Shown: positions 31,524 through 41,445, counted from the stretch's first letter. The stretch is DNA of 64,000 nucleotides from Candidatus Levyibacteriota bacterium (GCA_027459745.1 DAIDHL010000003.1:129125-193124), one strand, 5' to 3'. Notes: generated by a model from the sequence alone, not told the origin. Made by a program: numbers and translations.

Positions 31524-31607
31524 GATTATGGCTCAGTCCAGAATCTTTTTATTATGAAGTTCCCAGATTCTGGAGTCATCACTCTGAGCGGGATTCCCCA
31601 AAATCAC
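31524..31607. repeat. REP-like palindromes, family B
   Basis: gattatggctcagtccagaatc and gattctggagtca..., matching 61637-61704 and 51374-51402. Confidence 0.6.
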
Positions 31608-31624
31608 TAATTGCTTACTACTCA

Positions 31625-32152
31625 CTAGTTAATACCAACAACCCTGTACTTCAACAAAATCGTGCCCTGTTCATTCAATTTTTCTATACTCAACAACTGT
31701 AAATCTACCTCCATCCTCTCTATCACCAGAGCGTTGCCTGCACCAAAAATTTTTGGCTCAATAGTCAACCAAACTTCAGTAATTAAATTTTCCTTGAAAA
31801 ACTCAGTCGTTACTTTCTGTCCTGCCACCAATAACATTTGTTCATACCCTAAGTCTTCCAGTCTCTCAACGAGCTCTGCGGGAGATTCTTTACTAAACTC
31901 TATTTGTCCGGGTACCATCTCATTTGCATATCTTTCTGGCTTACTAGTTAATACTATCCTCAACCTAGCTTTTTCTGCCAAGGGTTTTACTATGTCATAA
32001 GTACCACTGCCCATGACAATCAAACTATGTTCATTACGTGTTTGTAAAAAATGAAATGCATCTTCATCAGAAGACCATTCATGAACCAGTGGACTGTCGC
32101 CTCTCGTCATTTTGCCGTCCAGCGAAGTGACCGCAACGAAGATTATTTTCAT
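31625..32152 (-). CDS. Dihydrofolate reductase/RibD C-terminal family protein
   Basis: VTSLDGKMT, VMGSGTY and EVWLTIEPKIFG. Confidence 0.85.
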   Translation of the reverse strand: MKIIFVAVTSLDGKMTRGDSPLVHEWSSDEDAFHFLQTRNEHSLIVMGSGTYDIVKPLAEKARLRIVLTSKPERYANEMVPGQIEFSKESPAELVERLEDLGYEQMLLVAGQKVTTEFFKENLITEVWLTIEPKIFGAGNALVIERMEVDLQLLSIEKLNEQGTILLKYRVVGIN

Positions 32153-32808
32153 GCATTAGATTTTTCGTTTTTTAACCATTTTACACCTAAATACACTAAA
32201 GGTGTTTCGATAATTGACATGCAACAGCGGAGTAACCAATAAGGGATGGACAAACCAGCGATAAAATTGAAATTTGTTCCTAAGGGTAAATTTAAAGCAT
32301 AAAAAGCCAGGGTCATAAATAATGCTGTATCAAAAAATTCACTCACGAAGTTGGAGACGTTCGTGCGCAACCATAATTTCTTTTTACCCAATTTTTGACG
32401 CATACGTGCAAAGATATAAACATCAAGAAATTCGCTGACTGCAAAAGCAATTAAACTAGCCGCTGAGAAACGAATGGAAATGCCAAAAATGTCATTATAC
32501 TCTTTATTTTGTGGAGAAAAACGTGCATCGGGGGGAAGTAAAGTAGCTAAGATGGAAAACAAAAATAAGAAGAAAATCATCATCAAACTTGATCTGACTA
32601 CACTTTGTGCCCTCGCTTTGCCGAAAACTTCCACAATTATGTCATTGGCCGCATAAACAAAAGGCAAAACAAAAATGACGACAGTGGCACTGAGATGAAA
32701 ACCTGCGATAGTCGCAACAGGAAAAGTCTTGGCTCCCATCAACTCCGAGATCATAACGCATGTGACATAGAAAGCAATTAGAAAATCTAATTTTTGTATT
32801 TTAAACAT
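32149..32808 (-). CDS. Queuosine precursor transporter (YhhQ/VUT)
   Basis: DIIVEVFG, ASLIAFAVSEFLDVYIF, LWLRTNVSN and ETPLVY. Confidence 0.9.
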   Translation of the reverse strand: MFKIQKLDFLIAFYVTCVMISELMGAKTFPVATIAGFHLSATVVIFVLPFVYAANDIIVEVFGKARAQSVVRSSLMMIFFLFLFSILATLLPPDARFSPQNKEYNDIFGISIRFSAASLIAFAVSEFLDVYIFARMRQKLGKKKLWLRTNVSNFVSEFFDTALFMTLAFYALNLPLGTNFNFIAGLSIPYWLLRCCMSIIETPLVYLGVKWLKNEKSNA

Positions 32809-32948
32809 GTTCGTAATTTTAACTGATCTTTTGCAAAAAGTGAATAAGCAAGTGTGAAAAGGAAAGATTCACTATTGAAAAAATGACTGAAAATTATATA
32901 AAAACCTATCACGATATAAGCAAAATAAAGATTTGATAAAATTGACTC

Positions 32949-33611
32949 CTACTTTAAAATAATATGTATTCTAGATTGAACTAAATTAGCAGGCGCTTGT
33001 AATTGAGTTTGCATTTGTACTTGATATAGTTTTAAACCAAAATCATAACTTATAGGCCCCGAAATTAGATAGTTGTTGTTGCTGCTGGTACTGGTTACTT
33101 GCGAATACCAAACAGGATGATTATCAGTTACGTTATATAACCTTACAGCTACTGTTTCATTCGTATTGGGAATAAGTACTGATGCCTCAAAGTGTATCTC
33201 CTTTATATTTTGATACTTTCCGAAGTCAATTTCCGCTTCCGCACCAGGAATATTTGTCCAATCCTTGGCTTGTGTATTACCTGATCCAAGAGGAATATAT
33301 AAATCTTTTACTCCACCGGTTTGTTGAGTAGCTATCGTGGTTACTAAATTATTATTGGAACCAACATTAGGTTCTGAAGTCGGAGATACACCTGTTGGAG
33401 TAATTTTTTCTGGTAAAGGAGTAACGACAATTGTTTTAACATTGGTCATGTTGGCATAATTATTACGATCAAAAAATAATACGTTTAAATAAATAAGATT
33501 AATTACAATCGCTGTGCAAATTATACCTAAGATAAAAAATGCCAATCTGACATATCTTTCATCTCTAGATAGTTTGATAAACAGTAAACGATCACGAAAA
33601 TTATTTAACAC
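32949..33611 (-). CDS. Hypothetical membrane-anchored protein
   Basis: TM helix, PT linker and beta-rich C-terminal domain. Confidence 0.6.
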   Translation of the reverse strand: MLNNFRDRLLFIKLSRDERYVRLAFFILGIICTAIVINLIYLNVLFFDRNNYANMTNVKTIVVTPLPEKITPTGVSPTSEPNVGSNNNLVTTIATQQTGGVKDLYIPLGSGNTQAKDWTNIPGAEAEIDFGKYQNIKEIHFEASVLIPNTNETVAVRLYNVTDNHPVWYSQVTSTSSNNNYLISGPISYDFGLKLYQVQMQTQLQAPANLVQSRIHIILK

Positions 33612-33714
33612 AATAACAGCTTACAAAAGTATACACACAAAGTAAACCTTTTATAGTTCTGCGAGAAATCTGACTTATCTACCCTCTTTTACCATGCTAT
33701 ACTTAATTTGTAGC

Positions 33715-34626
33715 ATGAAATATTTTATCAGACTGATTATTGCTGCATTTATTATCTCGGATATCATAATTGTAGGCTGGATCGGCTTACATAACTACAA
33801 TTTCGCCGTATTAAATCCGCAAGGAATAATTGCCAGTCAAGAAAAACAATTAATGGAAATTGCCCTCATAATGATGTCAATTGTCATCGTGCCCGTGTTT
33901 ATATTTGCCATTTTTGTGGCTATAACATACCGTGCATCCAATACAAAAGCAAATTATATGCCAGATTGGGATCATAATCATGTTATTCAAATTTTCTGGT
34001 GGACATTTACTATTTTTATGGTCAGTACCATGGGCTTTATCAACTGGAATTTCACTCATCATTTAGATCCCAGTCAGGCAATTGCTTCCACTACTCCCCA
34101 GTTGACTGTGCAGGTAATTGCCTTACGTTGGAAATGGTTATTTATATACCCTCAACAAGGTGTCGCCTCGGTTAATTTACTGGAAATACCCGAGCAGACG
34201 CCAATTCATTTTGAGCTAACAGCCGATCAATCCCCTATGACATCTTTTTGGATTCCCCAATTGGGTGGACAAATCTATGCTATGTCTGGTATGTCTACAC
34301 AGACCCACCTGCTTGCAAATAGCCTAGGACAATATTACGGCACCAACACCGAAATTAATGGTCAGGGATTTGCAGAAATGAAATTTATCGCCAAATCAGT
34401 ATCTCACTCTGACTTTGAGAACTGGGTCAGTAATATTAAGCGAGATTCTAAGCCTCTAAATCAGACTCTATATAATCAGTTAACCCAACCAACTGAAGAT
34501 GTGCCAGTGGTAACTTATGCTTCTCCGGTGAATAATCTATTTACATCGGTTATAATGAGATATATGGCCCCTAGTTCTACTCCACAGATGAAGTCAGATA
34601 ATTCCCAATCCAATATGCAAATGTAA
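33715..34626 (+). CDS. cyoA: Cytochrome bo3-type quinol oxidase subunit II
   Basis: LNPQG, WKWLFIYP, SFWIPQLGGQIYAM; no CuA ligands. Confidence 0.93.
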   Translation: MKYFIRLIIAAFIISDIIIVGWIGLHNYNFAVLNPQGIIASQEKQLMEIALIMMSIVIVPVFIFAIFVAITYRASNTKANYMPDWDHNHVIQIFWWTFTIFMVSTMGFINWNFTHHLDPSQAIASTTPQLTVQVIALRWKWLFIYPQQGVASVNLLEIPEQTPIHFELTADQSPMTSFWIPQLGGQIYAMSGMSTQTHLLANSLGQYYGTNTEINGQGFAEMKFIAKSVSHSDFENWVSNIKRDSKPLNQTLYNQLTQPTEDVPVVTYASPVNNLFTSVIMRYMAPSSTPQMKSDNSQSNMQM

Positions 34627-34633
34627 TCTAAAT

Positions 34634-36628
34634 ATGAACTGGCAATCTTTTATTTTTGGTCAACTTAGCTGGTCTGATCTTCCTCATCAATGGTTCACCA
34701 TTGGTGGTACCGGTGCTATCTTCACCATGCTGGCAGCCGTGGCTCTTTTTCTGACTATAACAAAACGCTGGCAGTGGTTGTGGACCAATTGGTTAACTTC
34801 AACAGATCCCAAAAAAATAGGTGTAATGTATCTGGTGATAGCTTTCTTAATGTTCATTCGGGGGGGATTGGATGCGCTGATGATTTTCGCTCAGCAAGTC
34901 GTAACAGTCGGTCCTGGTTATCTAGGTGCTCAACATGGCTATCTGGATGCCAATCATTTCCAGCAAATTTTTACCGCCCATGGCGATATTATGGTATTTT
35001 TTGTCACCATGGGCTTTTTGTTTGGTTTAATCAATCTAATTGTTCCCCTGCAAATTGGGGCACGCGACCTCGCCTTTCCTTTTCTTAACTCGCTAGGTTT
35101 TTGGCTATATGTGGCTGGTGCAATATTAATTAATATGTTCTTTGTTTTAGGAGGAGAATTTGCCGCCACTGGTTGGCTGGCCGTCGCACCATTGTCTGAA
35201 TTACAATTTCAGCCTGGTGTGGGAGTTAACTATTGGATCTGGAGCCTGCAGATTTCTGGTCTAGGAACTCTTATTGGTGGAATTAACTTTGTAGTAACCA
35301 TATTAAAAATGCGCGCACCAGGCATGACATTAATGCGCATGCCAATGTTTACCTGGACTTCACTGATGAGTATGCTGCTGGTAATTTCTATCTTCCCTAT
35401 TTTGGCCATGACTATCGCTCTTTTGACCCTTGACCGCTATTTGGGTATGCATTTCTTCACTCTCAACAATGCCGGCAATCAGATGATGTACTGGAATCTG
35501 ATCTGGATGTGGGGTCATCCTGAAGTTTATGTCCTGATTATTCCAGCTTTTGGTATTTACTCAGAAGTTGTTTCGACTTTCGCACAAAAAAAAGTCTTTG
35601 GTTATCCCTCACTAGTTGCCGCCGCTGGATTAATCACTCTCTTATCATTCACAGTCTGGCTGCATCATTTTTTTACCATGGGAGCCGGAGCTGATGTAAA
35701 TGCATTTTTTGGCATTATGACCATGTATATTGGTATACCAACGGGTGTACAGATTGTTAACTGGCTGTTGACCATGTTTCGCGGACGTATCAGATTCTAT
35801 TCGCCGATTTATTGGTTTTTTGGTTTTATCAGTACTTTTACTTTCGGTGGTATGGCCGGTATGCTTATGGCTCTACCTCCGGTTGATTTCCAAATTCACA
35901 ACAGTCTGTTTCTGGTCGCACATTTTCATACTATGATCGTCGGAGGTGCTTTGTTTGGTATTTTTGCCGGATTTACTTATTGGTTCCCTAAGATTACCGG
36001 ATTTAAACTGAATGAAAAATTGGGTAAGTATGTTTTTTGGACTTGGCTAGTAGGTTTTTTTGTCTCTTTCGTACCTTTATATATTCTTGGCATGATGGGT
36101 GCAACTCGCCGTATGGATCATTATTCTCCTTCTACCGGCTGGCAATATCTATTTTTAGTGTCGCTTATCGGAGCCTTAATTATTGTGGTAGCTGTAATTT
36201 TACAGGTTGTGCAACTGGTAGTAAGTATCAAACAACGCAAGCAACTGCGTGATACTACCGGAGATCCCTGGAACGGTCGCTCACTCGAATGGTCTACGCC
36301 ATCACCTGTACCATTTTACAATTTTGTGGTTATTCCCCAGGTTAATAGTCGAGATGCCTTTTGGGAGATGAAGCAACAAAAAAATAAGATACCTGTCAGA
36401 TATGAAGACATTGTTTTACCTAAAAATACGGCTTTAGGAATATACCTGGCTAGTTTTCTTTTCTTATTTGGTCTAGCTATGGTTTGGCAGGCAATCTTAT
36501 TTGCTATCATCGGGCTTGTAGGTGCTGTTGTATGTGTAATAAAACGCACATTTGCAGAAGATACGGAATATGTTTTACCAGCCGCTGAGGTAGCCAAACT
36601 GGATAGACAATATCGTCTAGCAGTATAA
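34634..36628 (+). CDS. cyoB: Cytochrome bo3-type quinol oxidase subunit I
   Basis: RGGLD, HFQQIFTAHG, WGHPEVY, WLHHFF, AHFH and TRR. Confidence 0.96.
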   Translation: MNWQSFIFGQLSWSDLPHQWFTIGGTGAIFTMLAAVALFLTITKRWQWLWTNWLTSTDPKKIGVMYLVIAFLMFIRGGLDALMIFAQQVVTVGPGYLGAQHGYLDANHFQQIFTAHGDIMVFFVTMGFLFGLINLIVPLQIGARDLAFPFLNSLGFWLYVAGAILINMFFVLGGEFAATGWLAVAPLSELQFQPGVGVNYWIWSLQISGLGTLIGGINFVVTILKMRAPGMTLMRMPMFTWTSLMSMLLVISIFPILAMTIALLTLDRYLGMHFFTLNNAGNQMMYWNLIWMWGHPEVYVLIIPAFGIYSEVVSTFAQKKVFGYPSLVAAAGLITLLSFTVWLHHFFTMGAGADVNAFFGIMTMYIGIPTGVQIVNWLLTMFRGRIRFYSPIYWFFGFISTFTFGGMAGMLMALPPVDFQIHNSLFLVAHFHTMIVGGALFGIFAGFTYWFPKITGFKLNEKLGKYVFWTWLVGFFVSFVPLYILGMMGATRRMDHYSPSTGWQYLFLVSLIGALIIVVAVILQVVQLVVSIKQRKQLRDTTGDPWNGRSLEWSTPSPVPFYNFVVIPQVNSRDAFWEMKQQKNKIPVRYEDIVLPKNTALGIYLASFLFLFGLAMVWQAILFAIIGLVGAVVCVIKRTFAEDTEYVLPAAEVAKLDRQYRLAV

Positions 36629-36636
36629 ATAAGCAT

Positions 36637-37233
36637 ATGAGGAATATACAAAGTGGTAGTTTACAATCAGAAATCGATAATAATGATAAAACCACTCTCG
36701 GCTTTTGGATCTATCTGATGACCGATTTGGTGATGTTTGGTGTATTGTTTGCTACTTATACAGTCTTACGGGGCAATACTTTTGGCGGTCCCTTGGATCG
36801 CCAGGTATTTAATTTACCTTTTGCTTTAGTTGAGACATTAATATTATTAACCAGCAGTTTTACCTGTGGTCTGGCAATCCTGGCAATGCAGACAAAGAAT
36901 AAGACACAGGTATTGATGTGGTTTGTCATCACTTTTCTACTTGGTCTGTCCTTTTTAGGACTGGAGTTAAATGAATTTAATAAGCTAATAAGTGAAGGTA
37001 ACAGTTGGCAGCGCAGTGGATTTTTATCTGCCTATTTTTCCCTTGTCGGAACTCATGGGTTACATATTACTGCCGGACTAGTGTGGATGGGGATTTGTTT
37101 GGTAAAAGTCTGGAAGGAAGGATTAAATTCCAGTTTGTCACGTAAGTTAACTTTACTTAGTCTGTTTTGGCATTTTCTCGATATTGTTTGGATCTTTATT
37201 TTTACAATAGTATATTTACTAAGTGGAATTTAA
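36637..37233 (+). CDS. cyoC: Quinol oxidase subunit III
   Basis: GFWIYLMTD, LLTSSFTCG, GTHGLH and FWHFLDIVW. Confidence 0.95.
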   Translation: MRNIQSGSLQSEIDNNDKTTLGFWIYLMTDLVMFGVLFATYTVLRGNTFGGPLDRQVFNLPFALVETLILLTSSFTCGLAILAMQTKNKTQVLMWFVITFLLGLSFLGLELNEFNKLISEGNSWQRSGFLSAYFSLVGTHGLHITAGLVWMGICLVKVWKEGLNSSLSRKLTLLSLFWHFLDIVWIFIFTIVYLLSGI

Positions 37234-37234
37234 T

Positions 37235-37612
37235 ATGACAAAAATCAAGCAATCAAATAACAATTTAGAAGAAAGGCCTGTGAAAAATTTAAAAACTTAT
37301 ATCATAGGCTTTGTTAGTTCAATTGTTTTGACTTTAATTCCTTATTTTTTAATTATTAATCACTTTACTACTTCCTATGTTTTACTTACTGTCATTCTTG
37401 TTTTCGCTCTATTGCAGATGCTAGTGCAATTAATATTTTTTTTACATTTGGGCCGAGAGACTAAACCACGTTGGAAACTTGCCGTACTAATTTCTTTTGT
37501 TGGTATTATTTTAATCATTGTAGGTGGCTCTATTTGGATCATGCAGCACCTTAATTACAGTATGAGCCTTTTGCAGTTAAATAATTTAATGCAGTATGGT
37601 GAAGGATTCTAG
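37235..37612 (+). CDS. cyoD: Quinol oxidase subunit IV
   Basis: YIIGFVSSIVLT, QLIFFLHL and GSIWIM. Confidence 0.93.
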   Translation: MTKIKQSNNNLEERPVKNLKTYIIGFVSSIVLTLIPYFLIINHFTTSYVLLTVILVFALLQMLVQLIFFLHLGRETKPRWKLAVLISFVGIILIIVGGSIWIMQHLNYSMSLLQLNNLMQYGEGF

Positions 37613-37655
37613 TCTCCACCTGCTTAACTAATTAATTTAAAATATTACTAAAATC

Positions 37656-38510
37656 ATGTTTAAACATTACTATCTTCTAGCCAAACCAGGCATGGTGTAT
37701 GGTAATACTATTTCGGCCATAGCTGGTTTTTTATTTGCCTCCAAAGGAAATTTCAATTTAATCCTATTTGTTACCACCATTTTGGGTATTTCCTTGGTCA
37801 TCGCTTCTGCCTGTGTTTTTAATAATTATCTTGATCGTGAAATCGACAAAAAAATGTTGCGAACAAGTAAACGCCCCCTGGTTATGGGCTCGATATCTCC
37901 ACTTCATGCTTTAATTTACGGTACAATTCTGGCAATCTTAGGTTTTGGTTTATTATTAATTTTTACTAACCTACTTACTCTTGCCTTGGGCTTTATAGGT
38001 TGGTTTTTTTATGTAGCAATTTATGGATTTGTCAAAAGACGCTCAACTTTTGGAACCTTAGTTGGAAGTGTTTCTGGATCTATGCCTCTAGTAGGCGGCT
38101 ATTGTGCCGTGACAAATCAGTTTGATACCGCAGCTTTGCTTTTATTTATAATTATGACAATCTGGCAAATGCCTCATTTTTATGCAATTGCCATTTATCG
38201 TTTGGCAGATTATAAAAAAGCTGGTTTACCAGTATTGCCGGTTGTTAAGGGTACTAATATTACCAAAGTAGACATAATTATTTATGTTCTCGCATTTTTA
38301 GTCGCCAGCTATTTATTATTTTTTTATCACTATGCTGGCTATATATACCTTATAATTATGCTTGGTTTAGGCTTATATTGGCTAAGGCTGAGTACAATTG
38401 GACTTCATACTAGCAATGATGAACTATGGGGACGTTCTGTATTTAAATTCTCCTTAATAATTTTGTTAGTTTTTTGTGTTCTACTATCTTTTTCTTATTG
38501 GCTGCCATAA
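37656..38510 (+). CDS. cyoE: Heme O synthase (protoheme IX farnesyltransferase)
   Basis: KPG, NNYLDREIDKKMLRTSKRP, WQMPHF and DYKKAG. Confidence 0.95.
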   Translation: MFKHYYLLAKPGMVYGNTISAIAGFLFASKGNFNLILFVTTILGISLVIASACVFNNYLDREIDKKMLRTSKRPLVMGSISPLHALIYGTILAILGFGLLLIFTNLLTLALGFIGWFFYVAIYGFVKRRSTFGTLVGSVSGSMPLVGGYCAVTNQFDTAALLLFIIMTIWQMPHFYAIAIYRLADYKKAGLPVLPVVKGTNITKVDIIIYVLAFLVASYLLFFYHYAGYIYLIIMLGLGLYWLRLSTIGLHTSNDELWGRSVFKFSLIILLVFCVLLSFSYWLP

Positions 38511-38564
38511 AAATATAAAGTTAACTTGCGTATCTGTATTTTTTTATTTACAATAATTATTGCT

Positions 38565-38834
38565 ATGAGTTTATTTTTAATCTTTCATATTATAATTGCC
38601 CTTTTAAGTATTATTTTCACAGCTTTACTTTTCCTTAAACCAAGTATAAAAAAGATATATATCAATTATTTTCTCATCGGCCTAACTGTAGTAAGTGGTA
38701 CCTATCTTATTTTTAAATACTCCTCTCATTTGACTGAAATTTGCTTTACAGGTATTGTATATCTATGTTTTGTTACAGCGGGGATGGTTGCTTCGCATCA
38801 TAGACTTTCCAAATTAGAAAAAATGTATCATTAA
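38565..38834 (+). CDS. Hypothetical membrane protein
   Basis: Three TM segments, HIIIALLS...SGTYL. Confidence 0.6.
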   Translation: MSLFLIFHIIIALLSIIFTALLFLKPSIKKIYINYFLIGLTVVSGTYLIFKYSSHLTEICFTGIVYLCFVTAGMVASHHRLSKLEKMYH

Positions 38835-39409
38835 TAGCTTTTATTTCCGATATCGTAAATATTTAAAACATTTCCACTACTAAACTCACGAGTGTTGGAT
38901 AATTTCATCTCTAACTTTTGAGTTAATCCATGAAACACCGTTGTACCTTGTCCAAGTATGACTGGGTTAATCATCAATCTAACTTCATCTAATAGCCCCA
39001 TTTTTAATAAAGTTACACATAAAGTAGAACTACCCAAAACAACGATGTCTTTTCCTGGCTGGGATTTTAATTCTTGTATAAACTCATTATCTACTGCGTG
39101 TTTTAGAGTTACATTCTTCCATAGTTCTGTTTCTTTTACTTCGTTTAAACTCTTAGAGAAAACTATTTTCTTTAAACTATTCATCCTTTTGGCCGTTTCA
39201 GGATCTTCTTTTAATCCTGTCTCAGAAGGCCAGAAACTTTCCATTAATTCATATGTTCGTCGGCCATACAACACAGTATCTATCTCATCTAACTGTTGAT
39301 TGGCAAACTGATTAAACTCCTCATCAACATTATGCCAAGATAAATCATGACCAGGAGCTTCAAAATATCCATCCAGGGATCTCATCATGAATAGAAATAT
39401 TTTCCTCAT
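38831..39409 (-). CDS. Dihydrofolate reductase/RibD C-terminal family protein
   Basis: SLDGYF, GRRTYE, GKDIVVLGS and PVILGQG. Confidence 0.9.
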   Translation of the reverse strand: MRKIFLFMMRSLDGYFEAPGHDLSWHNVDEEFNQFANQQLDEIDTVLYGRRTYELMESFWPSETGLKEDPETAKRMNSLKKIVFSKSLNEVKETELWKNVTLKHAVDNEFIQELKSQPGKDIVVLGSSTLCVTLLKMGLLDEVRLMINPVILGQGTTVFHGLTQKLEMKLSNTREFSSGNVLNIYDIGNKSY

Positions 39410-39438
39410 ATGTTTCGTTTGCTATAATTTATATAAAG

Positions 39439-39798
39439 ATGAGTAAAATTTATATCTTGAGATTTTTTCATGGTATTTTTGCCTTATATTTTATATGTTG
39501 TATAATTTATCTCTATTATGCCGCAATTACAGCTAATTTTAATTTCTTACTTATACTAGCACTTATTAGCTTATCTTTGGAAGGAATTGCTGTTTTTATT
39601 TTAAATAAAGGAGATTGTCCTCTTATTTATATTCAAAATAAACTAGGTGATAATATACCTTTCTTTGAACTCTTCCTTCCTAAAAAAGCTGCAAAACAAG
39701 CAGTTCCTTTTTTTTCAATATTAACTTGGCTAGCTGTTATCTTACTTTCTATTCGATTTATTGTTATGGTTTATAAATTATTTTATTCACTCCAGTAG
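39439..39798 (+). CDS. Hypothetical membrane protein
   Basis: TM helices, NKGDCPL motif. Confidence 0.6.
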   Translation: MSKIYILRFFHGIFALYFICCIIYLYYAAITANFNFLLILALISLSLEGIAVFILNKGDCPLIYIQNKLGDNIPFFELFLPKKAAKQAVPFFSILTWLAVILLSIRFIVMVYKLFYSLQ

Positions 39799-40324
39799 CA
39801 AATGACGTGAATTCTACTAATTTTAATTTCTCCATTTCAGCTCCCTCAAACAATTTCTTCCCCGTTCCTAGAACGATTGGAAAAAGCAATATATTTATTT
39901 GGTCAATCAATTTATTATTCAACAAAAACCTTACTAGTTGTCCACTCCCGGCAACGAGGATATCTCCTCCTTCTTCTGCTTTAATTTTCTGAATTTCATC
40001 GACAACATTATCTTTGATGATATGTGAATTAGTCCAACTGGCTTCGGTCAAACTTTTGGACACCACATATTTTTTCATGCTATTAAACTTATCGGAAAAC
40101 TTATCTCCCCTTCTTTTAGGCCAAGCTTTAGCAAAACCATCATAAGTAATTCGTCCTAATAACTGCACCTCGGCCGCTTCTATCTCAGATAGTTTAAACT
40201 TCATGAATTCCTCATTCCCATAAGGCATCGTCCAGCCTTCATATTTAAAACCTGATCCATCTGGACCAGGTGCTTCAAATACACCATCCAAAGATAAAAA
40301 TTCTGTTACAACCAATTTCCTCAT
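39764..40324 (-). CDS. Dihydrofolate reductase/RibD C-terminal family protein
   Basis: SLDGVF, LGRITY, GGDILVAGSGQL and PIVLGTGKKLF. Confidence 0.9.
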   Translation of the reverse strand: MRKLVVTEFLSLDGVFEAPGPDGSGFKYEGWTMPYGNEEFMKFKLSEIEAAEVQLLGRITYDGFAKAWPKRRGDKFSDKFNSMKKYVVSKSLTEASWTNSHIIKDNVVDEIQKIKAEEGGDILVAGSGQLVRFLLNNKLIDQINILLFPIVLGTGKKLFEGAEMEKLKLVEFTSFATGVNKIIYKP

Positions 40325-40376
40325 ACAGAAATATATATTAACACTTTTACTTTATTTTGCAATTGAACAAAGGTAA

Positions 40377-40805
40377 TTATTTTGCTGGGGGGATTTCTTC
40401 TATCCACAATCTTGTCTTATCATCTGGTCTGCCATGATTATAATTTACTGTTATTTCCTCATCTGTCTTGATATTTTTTATTGCAATAAATTCAATTATT
40501 TCTTCTTTAATTAATTTCCGATATGTAGCATTCGGTGAATATGAGTGATTGTACATTGAACCAAATCCCAAGCAGATCGCTCCTTTATGATACCTCTCAT
40601 CATTACCCCACATAAAATAATAATTATGTAATTTGGTTTTTCTGATTTCTAAAATATCCGGTTCATCCAATAAAATGATGGGACATCTTTCAATTATTTC
40701 CCCCATTTTAATATCTCTAGCGGTAAACACTCCCAATCCCGCATTCTCAATCTTTGATTGTGCAATATAAATATTATCTGCTGGAAGCAACTTTTTGCTT
40801 GGCAT
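40377..40805 (-). CDS. SET domain protein
   Basis: GLGVF, YNHSYSPN and EEITVNY. Confidence 0.9.
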   Translation of the reverse strand: MPSKKLLPADNIYIAQSKIENAGLGVFTARDIKMGEIIERCPIILLDEPDILEIRKTKLHNYYFMWGNDERYHKGAICLGFGSMYNHSYSPNATYRKLIKEEIIEFIAIKNIKTDEEITVNYNHGRPDDKTRLWIEEIPPAK

Positions 40806-40809
40806 ATGT

Positions 40810-41235
40810 TTAATAAATTTTTCTTAAATCTCCATTTATAAATTCAACCCCAAATGCTAATAATTCCTCTTTATAGGTAGAATTTTCACCTATTAGGTTC
40901 CAAATATAAATCTTTAAACCTAAATAAAAAGCCAAACCTATTTCCATTAAAACATTTGCTCCAATATATCCGTTGATTCCATTCTTCTCCCCATTCACAA
41001 CTAAAATACTATCCCCTTCTGCAATTTTTTTAAAATTTGTTAAAATAAATTTACCTCTCTCTTTTGGTGTATAAACTCCTTTAAAATGACTTACTTCGAA
41101 ATCATTATTTTTTTTCATTACTTGAGTAGAAATCGGAATATTTACTTTAAAACTTTTTTCTTTTAATTTTTTTTCAATCTCAACTAATTCTTTATAACAA
41201 GACATGCTAGCACATAAAAAAATTGTTTTGTTCAT
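40810..41235 (-). CDS. Nucleoside 2-deoxyribosyltransferase-like fold protein
   Basis: IFLCASM, DSILVVN and YIGANVLMEIGLA. Confidence 0.6.
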   Translation of the reverse strand: MNKTIFLCASMSCYKELVEIEKKLKEKSFKVNIPISTQVMKKNNDFEVSHFKGVYTPKERGKFILTNFKKIAEGDSILVVNGEKNGINGYIGANVLMEIGLAFYLGLKIYIWNLIGENSTYKEELLAFGVEFINGDLRKIY

Positions 41236-41252
41236 ACTTCTTGCATCCTAAC

Positions 41253-41281
41253 AAAAAACACCAGCTTTCGCTAGTGCTTTT
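41253..41281 (-). terminator. Rho-independent terminator
   Basis: Minus strand GCACTAGC-GAAA-GCTGGTGT followed by TTTTT. Confidence 0.8.
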
Positions 41282-41308
41282 GTATAGCATTTCAGAAAAT
41301 TTTTTACC

Positions 41309-41430
41309 TTACTTTCCTGCTATATTTACCCTCCAGTGAATGCCGAATTTATCAGTCAACATACCAAAAGTATCTTCCCAAAATTGTTTGCCTAAAGGCA
41401 TATCAACTTTGCCTCCTTCAGCTAAAAGGA
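41309..41430 (-). pseudogene. 3' remnant of a PhnB-like VOC gene
   Basis: LAEGGKVDMPLGKQFW.D.FGMLTDKFGIHW is a typical PhnB/YjdN C-terminus; the N-terminal part is absent. Confidence 0.75.
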
Positions 41431-41445
41431 GGGCAGCATCTCTCT

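Noticed and set aside
32809-32948. preQ1 riboswitch upstream of the YhhQ gene
   Set aside because: No preQ1 consensus, and a -10 box 7 nt from the ATG leaves no room for a leader.
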